Positions 41,142 to 50,743 of a stretch of DNA of 64,000 nt are shown here, piece by piece. This stretch comes from a virus, in IMG/VR virus record IMGVR_UViG_3300037485_001485, positions 1 to 64,000 of that record. One strand, written 5' to 3'. Positions within the stretch are counted from its first letter, which is position 1. The number at the start of each line of letters is the position of its first letter. The position numbers and the translations under genes were made by a program. Below the pieces are notes generated by a model, which searched no databases, was not told the origin of the DNA, and saw only the letters and a program-made list of their open reading frames with translations.

Positions 41142-41148
41142 AACGAGA

Positions 41149-41180
41149 GCGGGGCCGGATCCGTCAGGATCCGACCCCGC
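41149..41180. terminator. Hairpin between convergent genes
   Basis: GCGGGGCCGGATCC-GTCA-GGATCCGACCCCGC. Confidence 0.5.
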
Positions 41181-41238
41181 AGGGCGCAAGGAGGCAACAG
41201 CGCACAGGCAGCATAGCCGCTATGCCGCTATGCCGCCA

Positions 41239-41352
41239 CTACAGGGCCATGAGCATCGCCACGACGGCATAGAGCATCAGCCACCCGAAGCAGAGGCCCA
41301 CAACGTGCGCGGGGCCATATTTCGGCAGATCGATGGGATTCGGGCGGGACAT
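41239..41352 (-). CDS. 37-aa membrane peptide
   Basis: MSRPNPIDLPKYGPAHVVGLCFGWLMLYAVVAMLMAL with GAGG RBS, behind a promoter-family copy. Confidence 0.5.
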   Translation of the reverse strand: MSRPNPIDLPKYGPAHVVGLCFGWLMLYAVVAMLMAL

Positions 41353-41401
41353 GGGAACCTCGGGGAAGTCGAGCCGGGGCGAGATTGCCGCCGACGCCCC
41401 T

Positions 41402-41492
41402 CCTCTATGTCCACCTCTGCCAGCCGTCAAGCCGACGGCTATGAAGATAGTTTCGTCTCGTTCCTTGCCATCCGACAACGGCGTGCTATTAG
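41402..41492. promoter_or_regulatory. Divergent promoter pair
   Basis: Minus strand: TTGACG-GCTGGCAG-17nt-TAGAGG (41402-41430). Plus strand: TTGCCA-16nt-TATTAG (41465-41492). Confidence 0.5.
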
Positions 41493-41514
41493 GATTGGGC
41501 AACGGAGAACAAAG

Positions 41515-42009
41515 ATGGCGACCAAGCAGATCGGCAGCAAGCAATGGCAAAAGACGAACAGCACGACCTCGGCGGCGTTCAGCCCCTACAAGCCCTTCAA
41601 GGAGCAGATCACGTCTGCCGTCAAGTCCGACGGTCGCGCCATGGTCACTACCTCCTGGCTCGCGCTCCGGAGCATCGTGCGCGCCACGGTGGGGGAAGAC
41701 GCCCCGAAGTGGTCGGGAATGGACGATTCGGCGCTGGAAAAGAGGATCGGCATGAAGAACCTCGCGTGGGCGCATGTCGCCGATGCGTGGGGCGCGAACC
41801 TCGGCGGCGTGGCCTTTATGATCGACGCGAGCGATCCTCACTACGTCGCCGTTCGCGCTGCCGCCCTTGCTTTCAGGGCGGCGGTCACCGGCAAAATGCC
41901 CGGCGCGCTTCACTCCACGGTCCAGGCTCCGACCCTTTGTGCGAAGGCGCACCTCACGGAGTCGATCATCAAGTCTGCGCTGGTGCTCGCGCTCAGCGGG
42001 GGGAACTAA
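41515..42009 (+). CDS. Hypothetical protein
   Basis: RBS GGAG, ATG 41515. Confidence 0.65.
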   Translation: MATKQIGSKQWQKTNSTTSAAFSPYKPFKEQITSAVKSDGRAMVTTSWLALRSIVRATVGEDAPKWSGMDDSALEKRIGMKNLAWAHVADAWGANLGGVAFMIDASDPHYVAVRAAALAFRAAVTGKMPGALHSTVQAPTLCAKAHLTESIIKSALVLALSGGN

Positions 42010-42010
42010 A

Positions 42011-42301
42011 ATGGGAACGACCTATGCCAAGCTCAACACCGGGGATTGGGGCGTCCGCGTCGAAGGGCCGAAGCCCGCCGAAGGCGCCGCGCTCACCGTC
42101 ACGAAGAAGGACGGAACGCAGAAGAAGGAAGTGATCGAGCGGGTGCTGTGGTCGGGGCAGGGGGTCTACCTCTGCGCCATCGCGCCGAAGGGGGCGCCCC
42201 CGGCGCCCCTGGCTCCGAGCGGCGGGGCACGGCGGCGCCCCTGGAGCCCGTGCGGCTATCCCGGCTGCAACCCCCGGCACTGTGACGAGTGTGACGGGTG
42301 A
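42011..42301 (+). CDS. Small protein with C-terminal Cys cluster
   Basis: CGYPGCNPRHCDEC. Confidence 0.65.
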   Translation: MGTTYAKLNTGDWGVRVEGPKPAEGAALTVTKKDGTQKKEVIERVLWSGQGVYLCAIAPKGAPPAPLAPSGGARRRPWSPCGYPGCNPRHCDECDG

Positions 42302-42636
42302 CCGGCGAGGCGTTCAGCGAGAAGATCAGCAAGGCGTGGGTCGCGGCGTTCGGGCGCCGGCCCGACGCGGTCTTCGTTTACGGCGAGGAGATCCGAGTCG
42401 AGGGGCTTGCGATCTACCCCCTCGACGGCGAGCGGTGGGGCGTCGGGATGGTCGTGTCGATCCCGCCCGAAGCCCCCGGCGAGCCCGCCGAAGACACCGT
42501 CATCCCCCAAGCGGAGCTAAACACGCGCGAGGAGGCGTTCTTCCACCTCCTGACGGTCGCGAGCGTCGCCGACGAAGCGCGGCGCCAACTGGAAGGGCGT
42601 CGCTCCCGCTGGGATGAGCTACTGCGCCCGTTTTAG
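42298..42636 (+). CDS. Hypothetical protein
   Basis: GTGA overlap with the previous gene. Confidence 0.55.
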   Translation: MTGEAFSEKISKAWVAAFGRRPDAVFVYGEEIRVEGLAIYPLDGERWGVGMVVSIPPEAPGEPAEDTVIPQAELNTREEAFFHLLTVASVADEARRQLEGRRSRWDELLRPF

Positions 42637-42658
42637 CCCGCTCCCCCGAAGTCCGATA

Positions 42659-42693
42659 GCCCCCGGTGCGGTCACCTGACCCGCCGGGGGTTT
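42659..42693 (+). terminator. Intrinsic terminator-like hairpin
   Basis: CCCCCGG...CCGGGGG followed by TTT. Confidence 0.45.
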
Positions 42694-42729
42694 CGCGTTG
42701 CGATAACGGGGACGCTGGAGATCCCGCGC

Positions 42730-42957
42730 ATGGCCGTCCGCATCCCCATCGTCGCCATCATCGCCGCCATCCCCCGAGCCGTGCGCGCCGCCAAGCTCGT
42801 CGCCGCCGACGACAAGGCCCCCGCGAGCCCCGGCGGAACCAAGGTCACGGCCGCCGAGGTAGCCGAAGCCGTGGCCGTGTTCGTTGCGGCTCTGACCGAA
42901 GAGGTACTGCCCGCCATCCTCGCGTCCAACGGCTGCACGGCGAAGGTCACGGTATGA
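42730..42957 (+). CDS. Small hypothetical protein
   Basis: RBS GGAG; coupled to 42954. Confidence 0.6.
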   Translation: MAVRIPIVAIIAAIPRAVRAAKLVAADDKAPASPGGTKVTAAEVAEAVAVFVAALTEEVLPAILASNGCTAKVTV

Positions 42958-43391
42958 ACCAGCGTCGCGCCACCCCCGACGCCCTCACCGCCATGCTCCT
43001 CCAGCTTTGGGCCGCGCTGCGCTCCGCGCACCGTGTCTATTGGACGCTGCACTGGCAGGCGCCGAACTACGGGGACCACCTCCTCTACCAGCGGCTCTAC
43101 GAGGCGCGGGTGAAAGAGATCGACCGCGTGGCCGAAGCCATCGCCGGGCTCTACGGCCGCGAAGCCCTTGGGGCCGTCGCGGGCATCGAGAAGGAAGCCC
43201 AGGTGCTCCGCGCTACGATGGCCTCTCCGGAGCCCTCTGTGCGCGCTGCGGAGTTCATCCACGAAGCGACGCGCGCCGCGAACGCCGCCATCGGCTCGCA
43301 TCCCTACGGCATCGCCGTCAACAACATCGTCGCCGGGATCGCGGATAACGCCCTGGAGACGGTCTACCTCCTCCAACAGCGCACCCGGTAG
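42954..43391 (+). CDS. Dps/ferritin-like protein
   Basis: LHWQ...YGDHLLYQRLYE...IDRVAE ferroxidase-like pattern. Confidence 0.7.
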   Translation: MNQRRATPDALTAMLLQLWAALRSAHRVYWTLHWQAPNYGDHLLYQRLYEARVKEIDRVAEAIAGLYGREALGAVAGIEKEAQVLRATMASPEPSVRAAEFIHEATRAANAAIGSHPYGIAVNNIVAGIADNALETVYLLQQRTR

Positions 43392-43394
43392 GCC

Positions 43395-44252
43395 GTGAGT
43401 CGCAGCCCCGCCGCTCGCGTCAACGCCCTGCTTCCGAAGTCGGAGCAGCGTCGGCTACTCGCCGCGATGGAGAACACACCATCGGGCTCAGCCTACGGCC
43501 CGACGTGGGACGGGGAGCGCCGTACCACGTTCCGGGGCATCTCCTTCACGCCTCCGGCCATCGTGCGGCAGCGCGCCGCCGAGGGTCTGGAGCTTGTCGC
43601 CGCCGGGCACCGGGGCGGCACCGACATCGGCTACGGTCGCGCCGTCCAGTTGGCGACGAAGGCCACCGTCTACCCGCGCGACGTGCTGCGGATGCGGGAC
43701 TACTTCAGCCGCCACGCCGTTGACCTCCGTTCCGCGTCGGCCCGCCGGGGCGACATCACCCCCGGCGTCGTCGCGTGGCTCCTCTGGGGCGGAAACGAAG
43801 GCAGGACGTGGGCGAACCGTACCGCTGCCGCGATGGCCGACGCGCACCGCCGCACGAACCCGGCCTCGACACGCCGCACCCACCCGGCGCTCTGGGCCGC
43901 CGTCGTTCGCGAGGTCACCGCTGGCGCCAAGGGCGGCAAGCCCGGCCAGTGGTCGGCCCGCAAGGCACAGATCGCCGTCACGCTCTACACGGCGGCGGGC
44001 GGCGGCTACGTCGGCCCGAAGTCCCCGTCGAACTCGCTGGCCCGCTGGACCGCCGAGCGGTGGCGCACGAAGTCCGGAGCGCCGTCGTTGGCTACCGGCG
44101 AACGCTACCTCCCCGCTGCCGCTATCGCCGCGCTCTCTGACGCGGAGTACGAAGCAACGACTCGCGCGAAGCGCGCGGGCCTCGCCCGTGGCGAACAGTT
44201 CACCCCGCAACCCCCATCCATCGCGGCGAAGACCCGCCGCTTCCGGAGATGA
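43395..44252 (+). CDS. Two-domain protein (AWLLWGG domain + DUF5872-like domain)
   Basis: KGGKPGQWSARKAQ...GGGY...W.TKSG...ERYLP; domains joined at RRTNP. Confidence 0.7.
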   Translation: MSRSPAARVNALLPKSEQRRLLAAMENTPSGSAYGPTWDGERRTTFRGISFTPPAIVRQRAAEGLELVAAGHRGGTDIGYGRAVQLATKATVYPRDVLRMRDYFSRHAVDLRSASARRGDITPGVVAWLLWGGNEGRTWANRTAAAMADAHRRTNPASTRRTHPALWAAVVREVTAGAKGGKPGQWSARKAQIAVTLYTAAGGGYVGPKSPSNSLARWTAERWRTKSGAPSLATGERYLPAAAIAALSDAEYEATTRAKRAGLARGEQFTPQPPSIAAKTRRFRR

Positions 44253-44443
44253 GCATGAACAAGAACCTCGCCGCTGAACTCGCCCTCGTCACTGCCGTCG
44301 GCTTCGGCCTCGCGAAGTTGACCGGGGCCGTCCCCTTGCTCAACGACCGCAAGATGCTCACCCGCACCCTGCTCTACACGCTGGGGTACTACGTCGCGAC
44401 CCGTCGCCCCGCAGGCGGCTACAAGCTGTTGGAATCGAAGTAG
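44249..44443 (+). CDS. Small hydrophobic protein
   Basis: ATGA overlap. Confidence 0.55.
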   Translation: MSMNKNLAAELALVTAVGFGLAKLTGAVPLLNDRKMLTRTLLYTLGYYVATRRPAGGYKLLESK

Positions 44444-44452
44444 GAGCCTCCC

Positions 44453-46261
44453 ATGCCCATCGTCCGTCGCCGCAACGGCATCGTCCGCGTCCCGAAGCTC
44501 TGGGTAGATGCCGCCACCGAGGCGTTCTTCGACCTCCAGGCAAAGGGCGGCGGCTCCCTGACGATCCCGCTCCCCCTGAAGGTGTTCCCCTACCCGAAGA
44601 TCCGCGAAGCCCTGCTGGCGATCTACCCGGCGAAGTTCGTCCCCCTGTTCTTCAAGGTCGGGACGATCAACGCGGGCGGCAGCACCGGAACGAAGGGCAG
44701 CGGGGGCTACCCCGTCGCGATCAACATCAGCGAGACGGGCGCGTCGGCGGTCAGCACGATCTACCATGAGCTGCGGCACGTCGTGCAGTACCTTGGGGAC
44801 GAGGTCGTGAAGACGAAGAGCGGCACCTTTGGCCGTCCGACCCCGGCAGCGGTGAAGTCGCTTCGCGCCCGCAAGAAGGGGATCAAGTCGGGCGCCATCA
44901 AGGCGACCCCTTTCCAGGCGTACCTCTCGGGGGCGTCGGAGTGGCAACCTTGGATCGGCTCGACGTCGGACAAGATCGTCGGGAAGATCCTCGCCGGAGG
45001 TCTGACGAAGACCGCCGACGTGAACGCCGCGATCCGCAAGGGCATCGTGAGCAGCACTTTCTACGGGGGCACCGACCCGGCGACCCGGCGCGAACTCATG
45101 CGTCAGGTCTACACCGAAGTCGTGCGCCAGTTGAAGGGCTACACCGACGTCATCCCCGCGAAGCACCCGAAGGCCGGGCCGCTTCCGAAGGCGCCGGCTC
45201 CCAGCGCCCCATCGGCGCCGAAGCCCGGCGCCTACACCGTCAACGTGAAGGTCGAGGGCGCCGGCCCGCAGATCGCCAACGAAGCGACCTACGCCGGCAA
45301 GGACAGCAAGGGCCGCGACAAGCTGGCCGTCCCGGCAGCGGACAAGGACGCCGCGCTCCTGGCCGCTGAGCAGTTCGTCATGCTCGCGAAGGCGGGCTCT
45401 ACGCTCTACGGCGGCGTGATCTACGTCGTCCGCATCGCCCACGGGGGCAAGGAAAGCGAGGTCTACGTCGCCGGGGCGAAGGGCGCGGCGGCGTCCGCAC
45501 CGCCTCCCTCTACCCCGAAGCCGAAGGCGGCTCCAAAGCAGGACAGTGGCGTCTACTATGCGGACTTGGGCCTATCGGAGAACGAAGCGAAGACGCTGAA
45601 GAAGTACCGGATGCCCTACGGGTACTCGGAGTTCAGCGTGATCTTCGCGAACGGGAAGTTCTACGTCCAGATCACCCCTGACTTGCTCCTCGGGTTATCG
45701 GGCGCGAAGGCTAAGCAGGCCGTAGGAGCCCTGGGTAGCGTCGGCTGGCACCTTGTGTCGGGCGGGGACAAAGTTGCCGCGAAAACGATGCCGGAACTCC
45801 CGATGTTCTCCCTCGCGAAGCCGAAAGCCGCAGCCGCCCCGAAGGCCCCGAAGGCCCCGAAGGCCCCGAAGGCTTCCGGGGATGCCGCCTCAGTCCTCGC
45901 GAAGTGGGCGTACAAGGGTGGCAAGAAGGCGGTCTACTGGAGCAACGGGCAGCAGACGGTCATGCTTCGCCCGATGCCCCGCGTCAAGGACACGGACGAG
46001 CCCGACGACTCTGGGCATCCGATCTACTACCCGCATCCCGACCTGTTCGTGCTTCACTACGCGGGCTGGACAATCGTGAAGCCCCCGTCCGTCTTCACGA
46101 CGTCCCCGTTGGCCGCGTCGTCGGTGTTTGTAGACAAGGATGTATGGAAGGCCGCGAAAGCGCAGGCAAAGGCGCACGAAGCCGCGAAGAAGAAGGCAAA
46201 GGCCGCGACGAAGAGCAACCCGCGCCGTCCCCGCCGCGCCCCCCGACGCCGCACGCGCTGA
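44453..46261 (+). CDS. Basic multidomain protein with HExxH zincin motif
   Basis: IYHELRHVVQ; PKA repeats; N-terminal RRRNG and C-terminal KSNPRRPRR. Confidence 0.75.
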   Translation: MPIVRRRNGIVRVPKLWVDAATEAFFDLQAKGGGSLTIPLPLKVFPYPKIREALLAIYPAKFVPLFFKVGTINAGGSTGTKGSGGYPVAINISETGASAVSTIYHELRHVVQYLGDEVVKTKSGTFGRPTPAAVKSLRARKKGIKSGAIKATPFQAYLSGASEWQPWIGSTSDKIVGKILAGGLTKTADVNAAIRKGIVSSTFYGGTDPATRRELMRQVYTEVVRQLKGYTDVIPAKHPKAGPLPKAPAPSAPSAPKPGAYTVNVKVEGAGPQIANEATYAGKDSKGRDKLAVPAADKDAALLAAEQFVMLAKAGSTLYGGVIYVVRIAHGGKESEVYVAGAKGAAASAPPPSTPKPKAAPKQDSGVYYADLGLSENEAKTLKKYRMPYGYSEFSVIFANGKFYVQITPDLLLGLSGAKAKQAVGALGSVGWHLVSGGDKVAAKTMPELPMFSLAKPKAAAAPKAPKAPKAPKASGDAASVLAKWAYKGGKKAVYWSNGQQTVMLRPMPRVKDTDEPDDSGHPIYYPHPDLFVLHYAGWTIVKPPSVFTTSPLAASSVFVDKDVWKAAKAQAKAHEAAKKKAKAATKSNPRRPRRAPRRRTR

Positions 46262-46268
46262 AAGCAGA

Positions 46269-46301
46269 AAGCCCCCGCCGCCTATCGGCGGCTGGGGGCT
46301 T
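46269..46301. terminator. Bidirectional terminator hairpin
   Basis: AAGCCCCC-GCCGCC-TATC-GGCGGC-T-GGGGGCTT between convergent genes. Confidence 0.6.
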
Positions 46302-46319
46302 GGTTGACCCGGAGAGGGG

Positions 46320-46796
46320 CTAACGAGGGCGGTGACGGGGACGATGGCGCCGGGGCTTGCGCGTCGCCGGCAGCGCGGGGAACAGGTCCAGCGGCTCCCC
46401 ATAGGGCGGCCCGAAGACGTAGTCGGGCGGCGGCCCGTCGTTGCGCCGCCAGCCCCCGAACCGCTGGGGCGGGGAGATCCGAAGCATCGCCCCCCACACG
46501 CTCATGCAAGCGTCATGGTAGTCGCGGCCGTGCTGGCGCGTCGTTTGGTCCTTGAAGTTCCCGAAGTCGATGCTCGCCGTGTAGTCGGCCATGAAGGCGC
46601 CGAAGTCGGTGGCATTGACATAGGCACGGAAAGGGTAGTCCGTCCCGCCCCCGGAGAGGGTCGGCCCCAACGTCGGGCAGCGTGCGCGGACGTTGTCGAG
46701 GGAGAGGGCGTCGCGAGCGCGAACGCACAGGACACCGGGCTCGTCCCCCGGCTTGTGGACGACGGAAACGAAACCGAAGGGAAAGAAAAGCCACAT
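46320..46796 (-). CDS. Phage hypothetical protein
   Basis: MWLF...GFVSVV...VRAR...DYPFR...IDFGNFK pattern. Confidence 0.7.
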   Translation of the reverse strand: MWLFFPFGFVSVVHKPGDEPGVLCVRARDALSLDNVRARCPTLGPTLSGGGTDYPFRAYVNATDFGAFMADYTASIDFGNFKDQTTRQHGRDYHDACMSVWGAMLRISPPQRFGGWRRNDGPPPDYVFGPPYGEPLDLFPALPATRKPRRHRPRHRPR

Positions 46797-46797
46797 G

Positions 46798-47343
46798 CTA
46801 AGCCTCGTAGTTCGTGGGGACGGGGTTGGGTCCGTGGAGCGGACAATCCGCGTTGTCGCACTCTTCTTCTTCTTCCTTCGCGTGCTGAGCTTCGGCGTCG
46901 GCCTCCTGAAGCTCATAGAAGACGTTCCCGACGTCGATCTGAAGCGCGCGAGGCACGTCCGTCGGCGCGTCATCGAGGATGAGGCCGACGCGAAACAGGT
47001 CACGCGCGACCAGCAGCGCCTCTCGCAAACCCACATCGTCCTCTTCCTTGTTGCGTGAGACGCCGTCCACGCCGTGCATCACGGCACGGATGAGCAGTTC
47101 CCTCTGCGCGACGACGGTGTCGAAGAGCATGGCGACAAGCTCTTCGTGCGCGGACAGGTCGCCCCCGCGCCGCTTGGCCCGATCCACGATCTGAAGCGCC
47201 ATTTGCATCCCGGCGAGCGTGGGAAGCTGAAGCATCGCAAGGTGCGGCTCGTCTTCCATTCCCGGCGTGTCATCTACCAGAATCCGGGCATCGCAGCCCT
47301 CGCAGTCGTCTACGTCGCAGAAGAAGGTCGGGTGAGTGGTCAT
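46798..47343 (-). CDS. Hypothetical protein with Cys clusters
   Basis: CDVDDCEGC and CDNADCPLH. Confidence 0.6.
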   Translation of the reverse strand: MTTHPTFFCDVDDCEGCDARILVDDTPGMEDEPHLAMLQLPTLAGMQMALQIVDRAKRRGGDLSAHEELVAMLFDTVVAQRELLIRAVMHGVDGVSRNKEEDDVGLREALLVARDLFRVGLILDDAPTDVPRALQIDVGNVFYELQEADAEAQHAKEEEEECDNADCPLHGPNPVPTNYEA

Positions 47344-47805
47344 TGAGGCTCCGAGGTTGCCCATTCCTTATAGCCCCGCCCTTGCCATGCGTCAAGCGTG
47401 CAGGAGGTAGCCCGCAGCCGCCACAAGGTCGTCGGGGCCGTGAAGCGTCGATGCCCCGTCGCGGCGTACCAACAGCAGCAACCGAGTCCGCGCCAGCCGC
47501 TCCAGCATCTTCTTCGCGCCCTCCGATGCGGCGTCTCCGGCCTGGATCTCCCGCAGCACCATCGGCACAGAGGCCACGGGCGCCGGGATGTCGGGGATGA
47601 TCCCGGTGAGGTCGGGCCGTTCGGCGTCGGGGAACGTCCCCGGCGCGTCAAGCCAGCCGCAGCGATAGGCGCGGCAAGGGTGCGGACGCTCGGCGTAGAT
47701 GGCGCAGCCCCCGCTGGCGTGCGCGCACGCCGTGAACGCGGGCTTCGCGAGGGCGTCGATGCTGAACGCCGTGCAGCACGCCGTGCAGTCTCCGCAGCCC
47801 CTCAT
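47340..47805 (-). CDS. YkgJ-like Cys-cluster protein
   Basis: CGDCTACC...C.H...GCAIYAERP..CRAYRC. Confidence 0.75.
47367..47395 (-). promoter_or_regulatory. Promoter-family copy
   Basis: TTGACG-CATGGCAAGGGCGGGGC-TATAAG. Confidence 0.65.
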
Positions 47806-49592
47806 GCGTTGAGCTTCGCGAGGATCGAGTCGAACACGGCGTCGGGATCGTCCAGCCCGGCGAGGGCTTCGCTCGCCCCGTCCAAGCTCCCCCCGTCGGC
47901 GACCCGCTCGACACGGGCGATCTTGTCGAGGAGGATCGACGCGACGTGCTCGTCCACCGTGCCCTCCGCGATGCAGTAGTAGATGCAGACGGGGCGGTCC
48001 TGCCCAAGCCGGGTGAAGCGGCCCTCCCATTGGGTCAGTTGGCCCGGCGTGTACGGCAGCATCACGAAGAAGGCGGCGTCGGTGCATTGGAGCCCGTCGA
48101 TGGCCGTGCCCCACGCCTCACCCGTCCCGACGAGCACACACCCGCCGTCATGCGCGATGTAGGCCCGCTTGATGTCGTCGCGCTCGTTCTGGCTATGCCC
48201 GCCGTGCCCACACCAGACGGTCGCCTTCCGACACGCGCCCCGGATGCTCGCGGCGAGGTCGTCGGAGTCCCGACGGCGCCCGGTGAACACGACGATCTTA
48301 TGCCCGCTCTCGACATGGTCGGCGATGCGCCCCAGCACCGCTTTGCGCTTCTTCGACGCCGCCTCCGCGAGCTTCAGTTCCAGCAAGGCCGCCGGCCCGT
48401 TGCCCGCCGCTGCCTTCTGTTCGCGGCTGAACCCAGGGGCCGCGTCGCACTGTTCGGCGCCGCTGATATACATGCTCTCCCGACGCTTCGCGGGGAGTTG
48501 GGCGTGGGTCGTCGCGTGATCGACCCGGTGTAGCAGGTAGCCCAGCCGTGCCACAAGTTCGTCGGGGTTGCTAATCCCTGACGTGTCGAGCCCGCCGTAG
48601 GTGCCCGGCCGCGCGTCACAATAGCGACGCGCCCAAACGCTGAAGCTGCCCCAAGCCCCCGGCTCTAACAAGTCGAGTTGGCCCCAAAGGTCGCGGATAC
48701 GGTCGGACACCGGGGTCGCCGTCGTCGCCAGCCGCCGCGTCGCCGCCTTCGACAACGTCGCCACCGCCGTCACGGTGTTGTCCCTGGGCATGATGCCGAC
48801 GATCCCGCCGTCCTGCGAGGGCTTGACGAAGCCGCCTCGCGCCTTGACGCTGGCGATGGCTGCGGCGTCGTCCTCCGCAAGCGGCAGAACCTCCCAGCGT
48901 TTGCCGCTCTTTCCCTTGTGGCTCTCGTCCAGAACGAGCGAGGTTACACCCGTCGCGAGCAGCGCGTTGACATGGTCGGCTACGCTCTCCCAGCCGACGA
49001 CGATCCACGGGGGTTGACCCTCCTGCCGGCACCACGCGACGTAGTCGGCGAGGCCCTGCCAGCGGTCACGCTTCCGCACTTCGGCGGCGGGCTTCAGGGC
49101 GTAAGCCTCGTAGCGGGTGAAGCGTGACACCTCGCGCGCGAACTGCGCCCGCGTCGTTGCCCGCGTCACGATGACGGTGGCCCCGTGGGGACGGCTCGCC
49201 GCCCACAGGATCGCCGACACCGTTTTGCCGCTGCCCGTCGGATGATGGAGCATGGCCCCCGCCCGGTTGACAGTAAAAGCCAACGCCTCTCGTTGGTACG
49301 TTGTCAGAAACCCGTCGAGGACAAACGGCTTCGCCACGCCGTCGAGCGAGGCGCGCACCTCCTCCCAGGACGCATCGCCTTGCGGGGGCTGAAGCCATGC
49401 CACGTCGCCCGCCGTCACGCCGACGCCGCGCAGCAGCCCGTCGAGGATCGGGACGGCGTGCCACGACGCCGTGACGCGAGGCCCCTTCACCCGCACGCCG
49501 GGGATGGCTTCCATCGCTTCCGCCAGCCCGTTCGGCATCGGGGGCATCGTCGCCGTAAGGTGCGGATAAGAAGGCGGGGCAAAGCGGCTCAT
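47802..49592 (-). CDS. SNF2-family helicase
   Basis: YQRE, HPTGSGKT, LDESH, TATP, QWEGRFTRLGQ. Confidence 0.9.
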   Translation of the reverse strand: MSRFAPPSYPHLTATMPPMPNGLAEAMEAIPGVRVKGPRVTASWHAVPILDGLLRGVGVTAGDVAWLQPPQGDASWEEVRASLDGVAKPFVLDGFLTTYQREALAFTVNRAGAMLHHPTGSGKTVSAILWAASRPHGATVIVTRATTRAQFAREVSRFTRYEAYALKPAAEVRKRDRWQGLADYVAWCRQEGQPPWIVVGWESVADHVNALLATGVTSLVLDESHKGKSGKRWEVLPLAEDDAAAIASVKARGGFVKPSQDGGIVGIMPRDNTVTAVATLSKAATRRLATTATPVSDRIRDLWGQLDLLEPGAWGSFSVWARRYCDARPGTYGGLDTSGISNPDELVARLGYLLHRVDHATTHAQLPAKRRESMYISGAEQCDAAPGFSREQKAAAGNGPAALLELKLAEAASKKRKAVLGRIADHVESGHKIVVFTGRRRDSDDLAASIRGACRKATVWCGHGGHSQNERDDIKRAYIAHDGGCVLVGTGEAWGTAIDGLQCTDAAFFVMLPYTPGQLTQWEGRFTRLGQDRPVCIYYCIAEGTVDEHVASILLDKIARVERVADGGSLDGASEALAGLDDPDAVFDSILAKLNA

Positions 49593-49610
49593 AGCTGTTC
49601 TCCGTTGTTC

Positions 49611-49639
49611 CGCATAGCCCCGCCCTTGCCAGCCGTCAA
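49611..49639 (-). promoter_or_regulatory. Promoter-family copy
   Basis: TTGACG-GCTGGCAAGGGCGGGGC-TATGCG. Confidence 0.65.
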
Positions 49640-50046
49640 GGCTTCGGGGCTCCAGGGGTCAGGTGGGCGTCGAGGACGAGGGCGGCGGCGCGACGGCGCT
49701 CCACCGCGAGGATGCGATCCAGGGCCACGGCGCGGTCGTCCGTCCACTCGATGCACGGATCCACGATGGGGCAGTCGGGCACCGGCCGCCCCTGCTGCCA
49801 CGACGCCGTAGCGCACCCGTCGGTGAGCGTCCAGTAGTGCTCCGTCCAACGCTGCCCGAAGCCCACAGCGCGCGTCGGGTCGAGGTGGTAGGGGCTCCCC
49901 TCGGGGAGCCGGGCGTTGACCAGCCAAACAAGCGAGCGCAGCGGGCACGTCTCGGTCGGGTCCACGTCCATCCACTCCTCGCAGCAATACGCGCAGACAT
50001 CGGGCTCTCCGGCGGGCTCGCGGACGTGGGGCAGCAGGGCGCTCAT
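49636..50046 (-). CDS. Hypothetical early protein
   Basis: ATGA-coupled chain of small genes. Confidence 0.55.
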   Translation of the reverse strand: MSALLPHVREPAGEPDVCAYCCEEWMDVDPTETCPLRSLVWLVNARLPEGSPYHLDPTRAVGFGQRWTEHYWTLTDGCATASWQQGRPVPDCPIVDPCIEWTDDRAVALDRILAVERRRAAALVLDAHLTPGAPKP

Positions 50047-50420
50047 GGCGCACTCTCCAGCGCGGCGACGAGGGCCTCGGCCTCGGTGCGGCAACATGCG
50101 AGTGCTTTCTTGTGGAGCCACCCCGCGTAGACCACCGCCCACACCGTCGCGCCTCGCGGCACAACGGTGATCTTCGGATCCCCCCACGCCTCCCGCACCA
50201 ACGCGAGCAGACACCCCCGCGTTGCGGCGTCGGTGAGGTCGGGGATGACAGGCCACGCCGCATAGTCCCAGGTGTCGCCACCGTCGAGGACGCGACCCTC
50301 GCGCAAGAGGTAGTCGCGCATACCGGGCGGGGTAGCGCGCAGGCGCATCATCCCCGGAAGCCAACACCAGCCCTTGCAGGCGACGAGGCGACGGGAGAGG
50401 GCAATCTGTTCGTCGGTCAT
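50043..50420 (-). CDS. Phage hypothetical protein
   Basis: W.WLPGM...PDLTDAATRGCLLALVREAW...TEAEALVAALE. Confidence 0.65.
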   Translation of the reverse strand: MTDEQIALSRRLVACKGWCWLPGMMRLRATPPGMRDYLLREGRVLDGGDTWDYAAWPVIPDLTDAATRGCLLALVREAWGDPKITVVPRGATVWAVVYAGWLHKKALACCRTEAEALVAALESAP

Positions 50421-50743
50421 TTCGTCTCCTGGGCGGGCGACCACGGCGCGAGGTGCGGACACGCGGGGTCAGCCATGAGGTAGCGGTAGCCAGCGGCATC
50501 GAGGGAGAGCGGCACGACCACTACCCCCGACAGGAACGACCCGCGTTCGTTCGCGCACACCACAGACCGCCCTACGTCGTCGGCCCACACCTGACCGGCG
50601 CGGTAGCCGGGGTGCGGGAGCGGGTACGCCGCGTCATGGGCGGCTGCTTTCGCCAGGGTCATGTCCGTGTGCCACGGGCGTTCGGGCAGACGGTCAGGAG
50701 CGCACGGGAAGGCACGCCGGACGGCTTCGGGTAAGGGCTTCAT
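50417..50743 (-). CDS. Hypothetical early protein
   Basis: ATGA overlap with GAGGAG RBS. Confidence 0.55.
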   Translation of the reverse strand: MKPLPEAVRRAFPCAPDRLPERPWHTDMTLAKAAAHDAAYPLPHPGYRAGQVWADDVGRSVVCANERGSFLSGVVVVPLSLDAAGYRYLMADPACPHLAPWSPAQETK

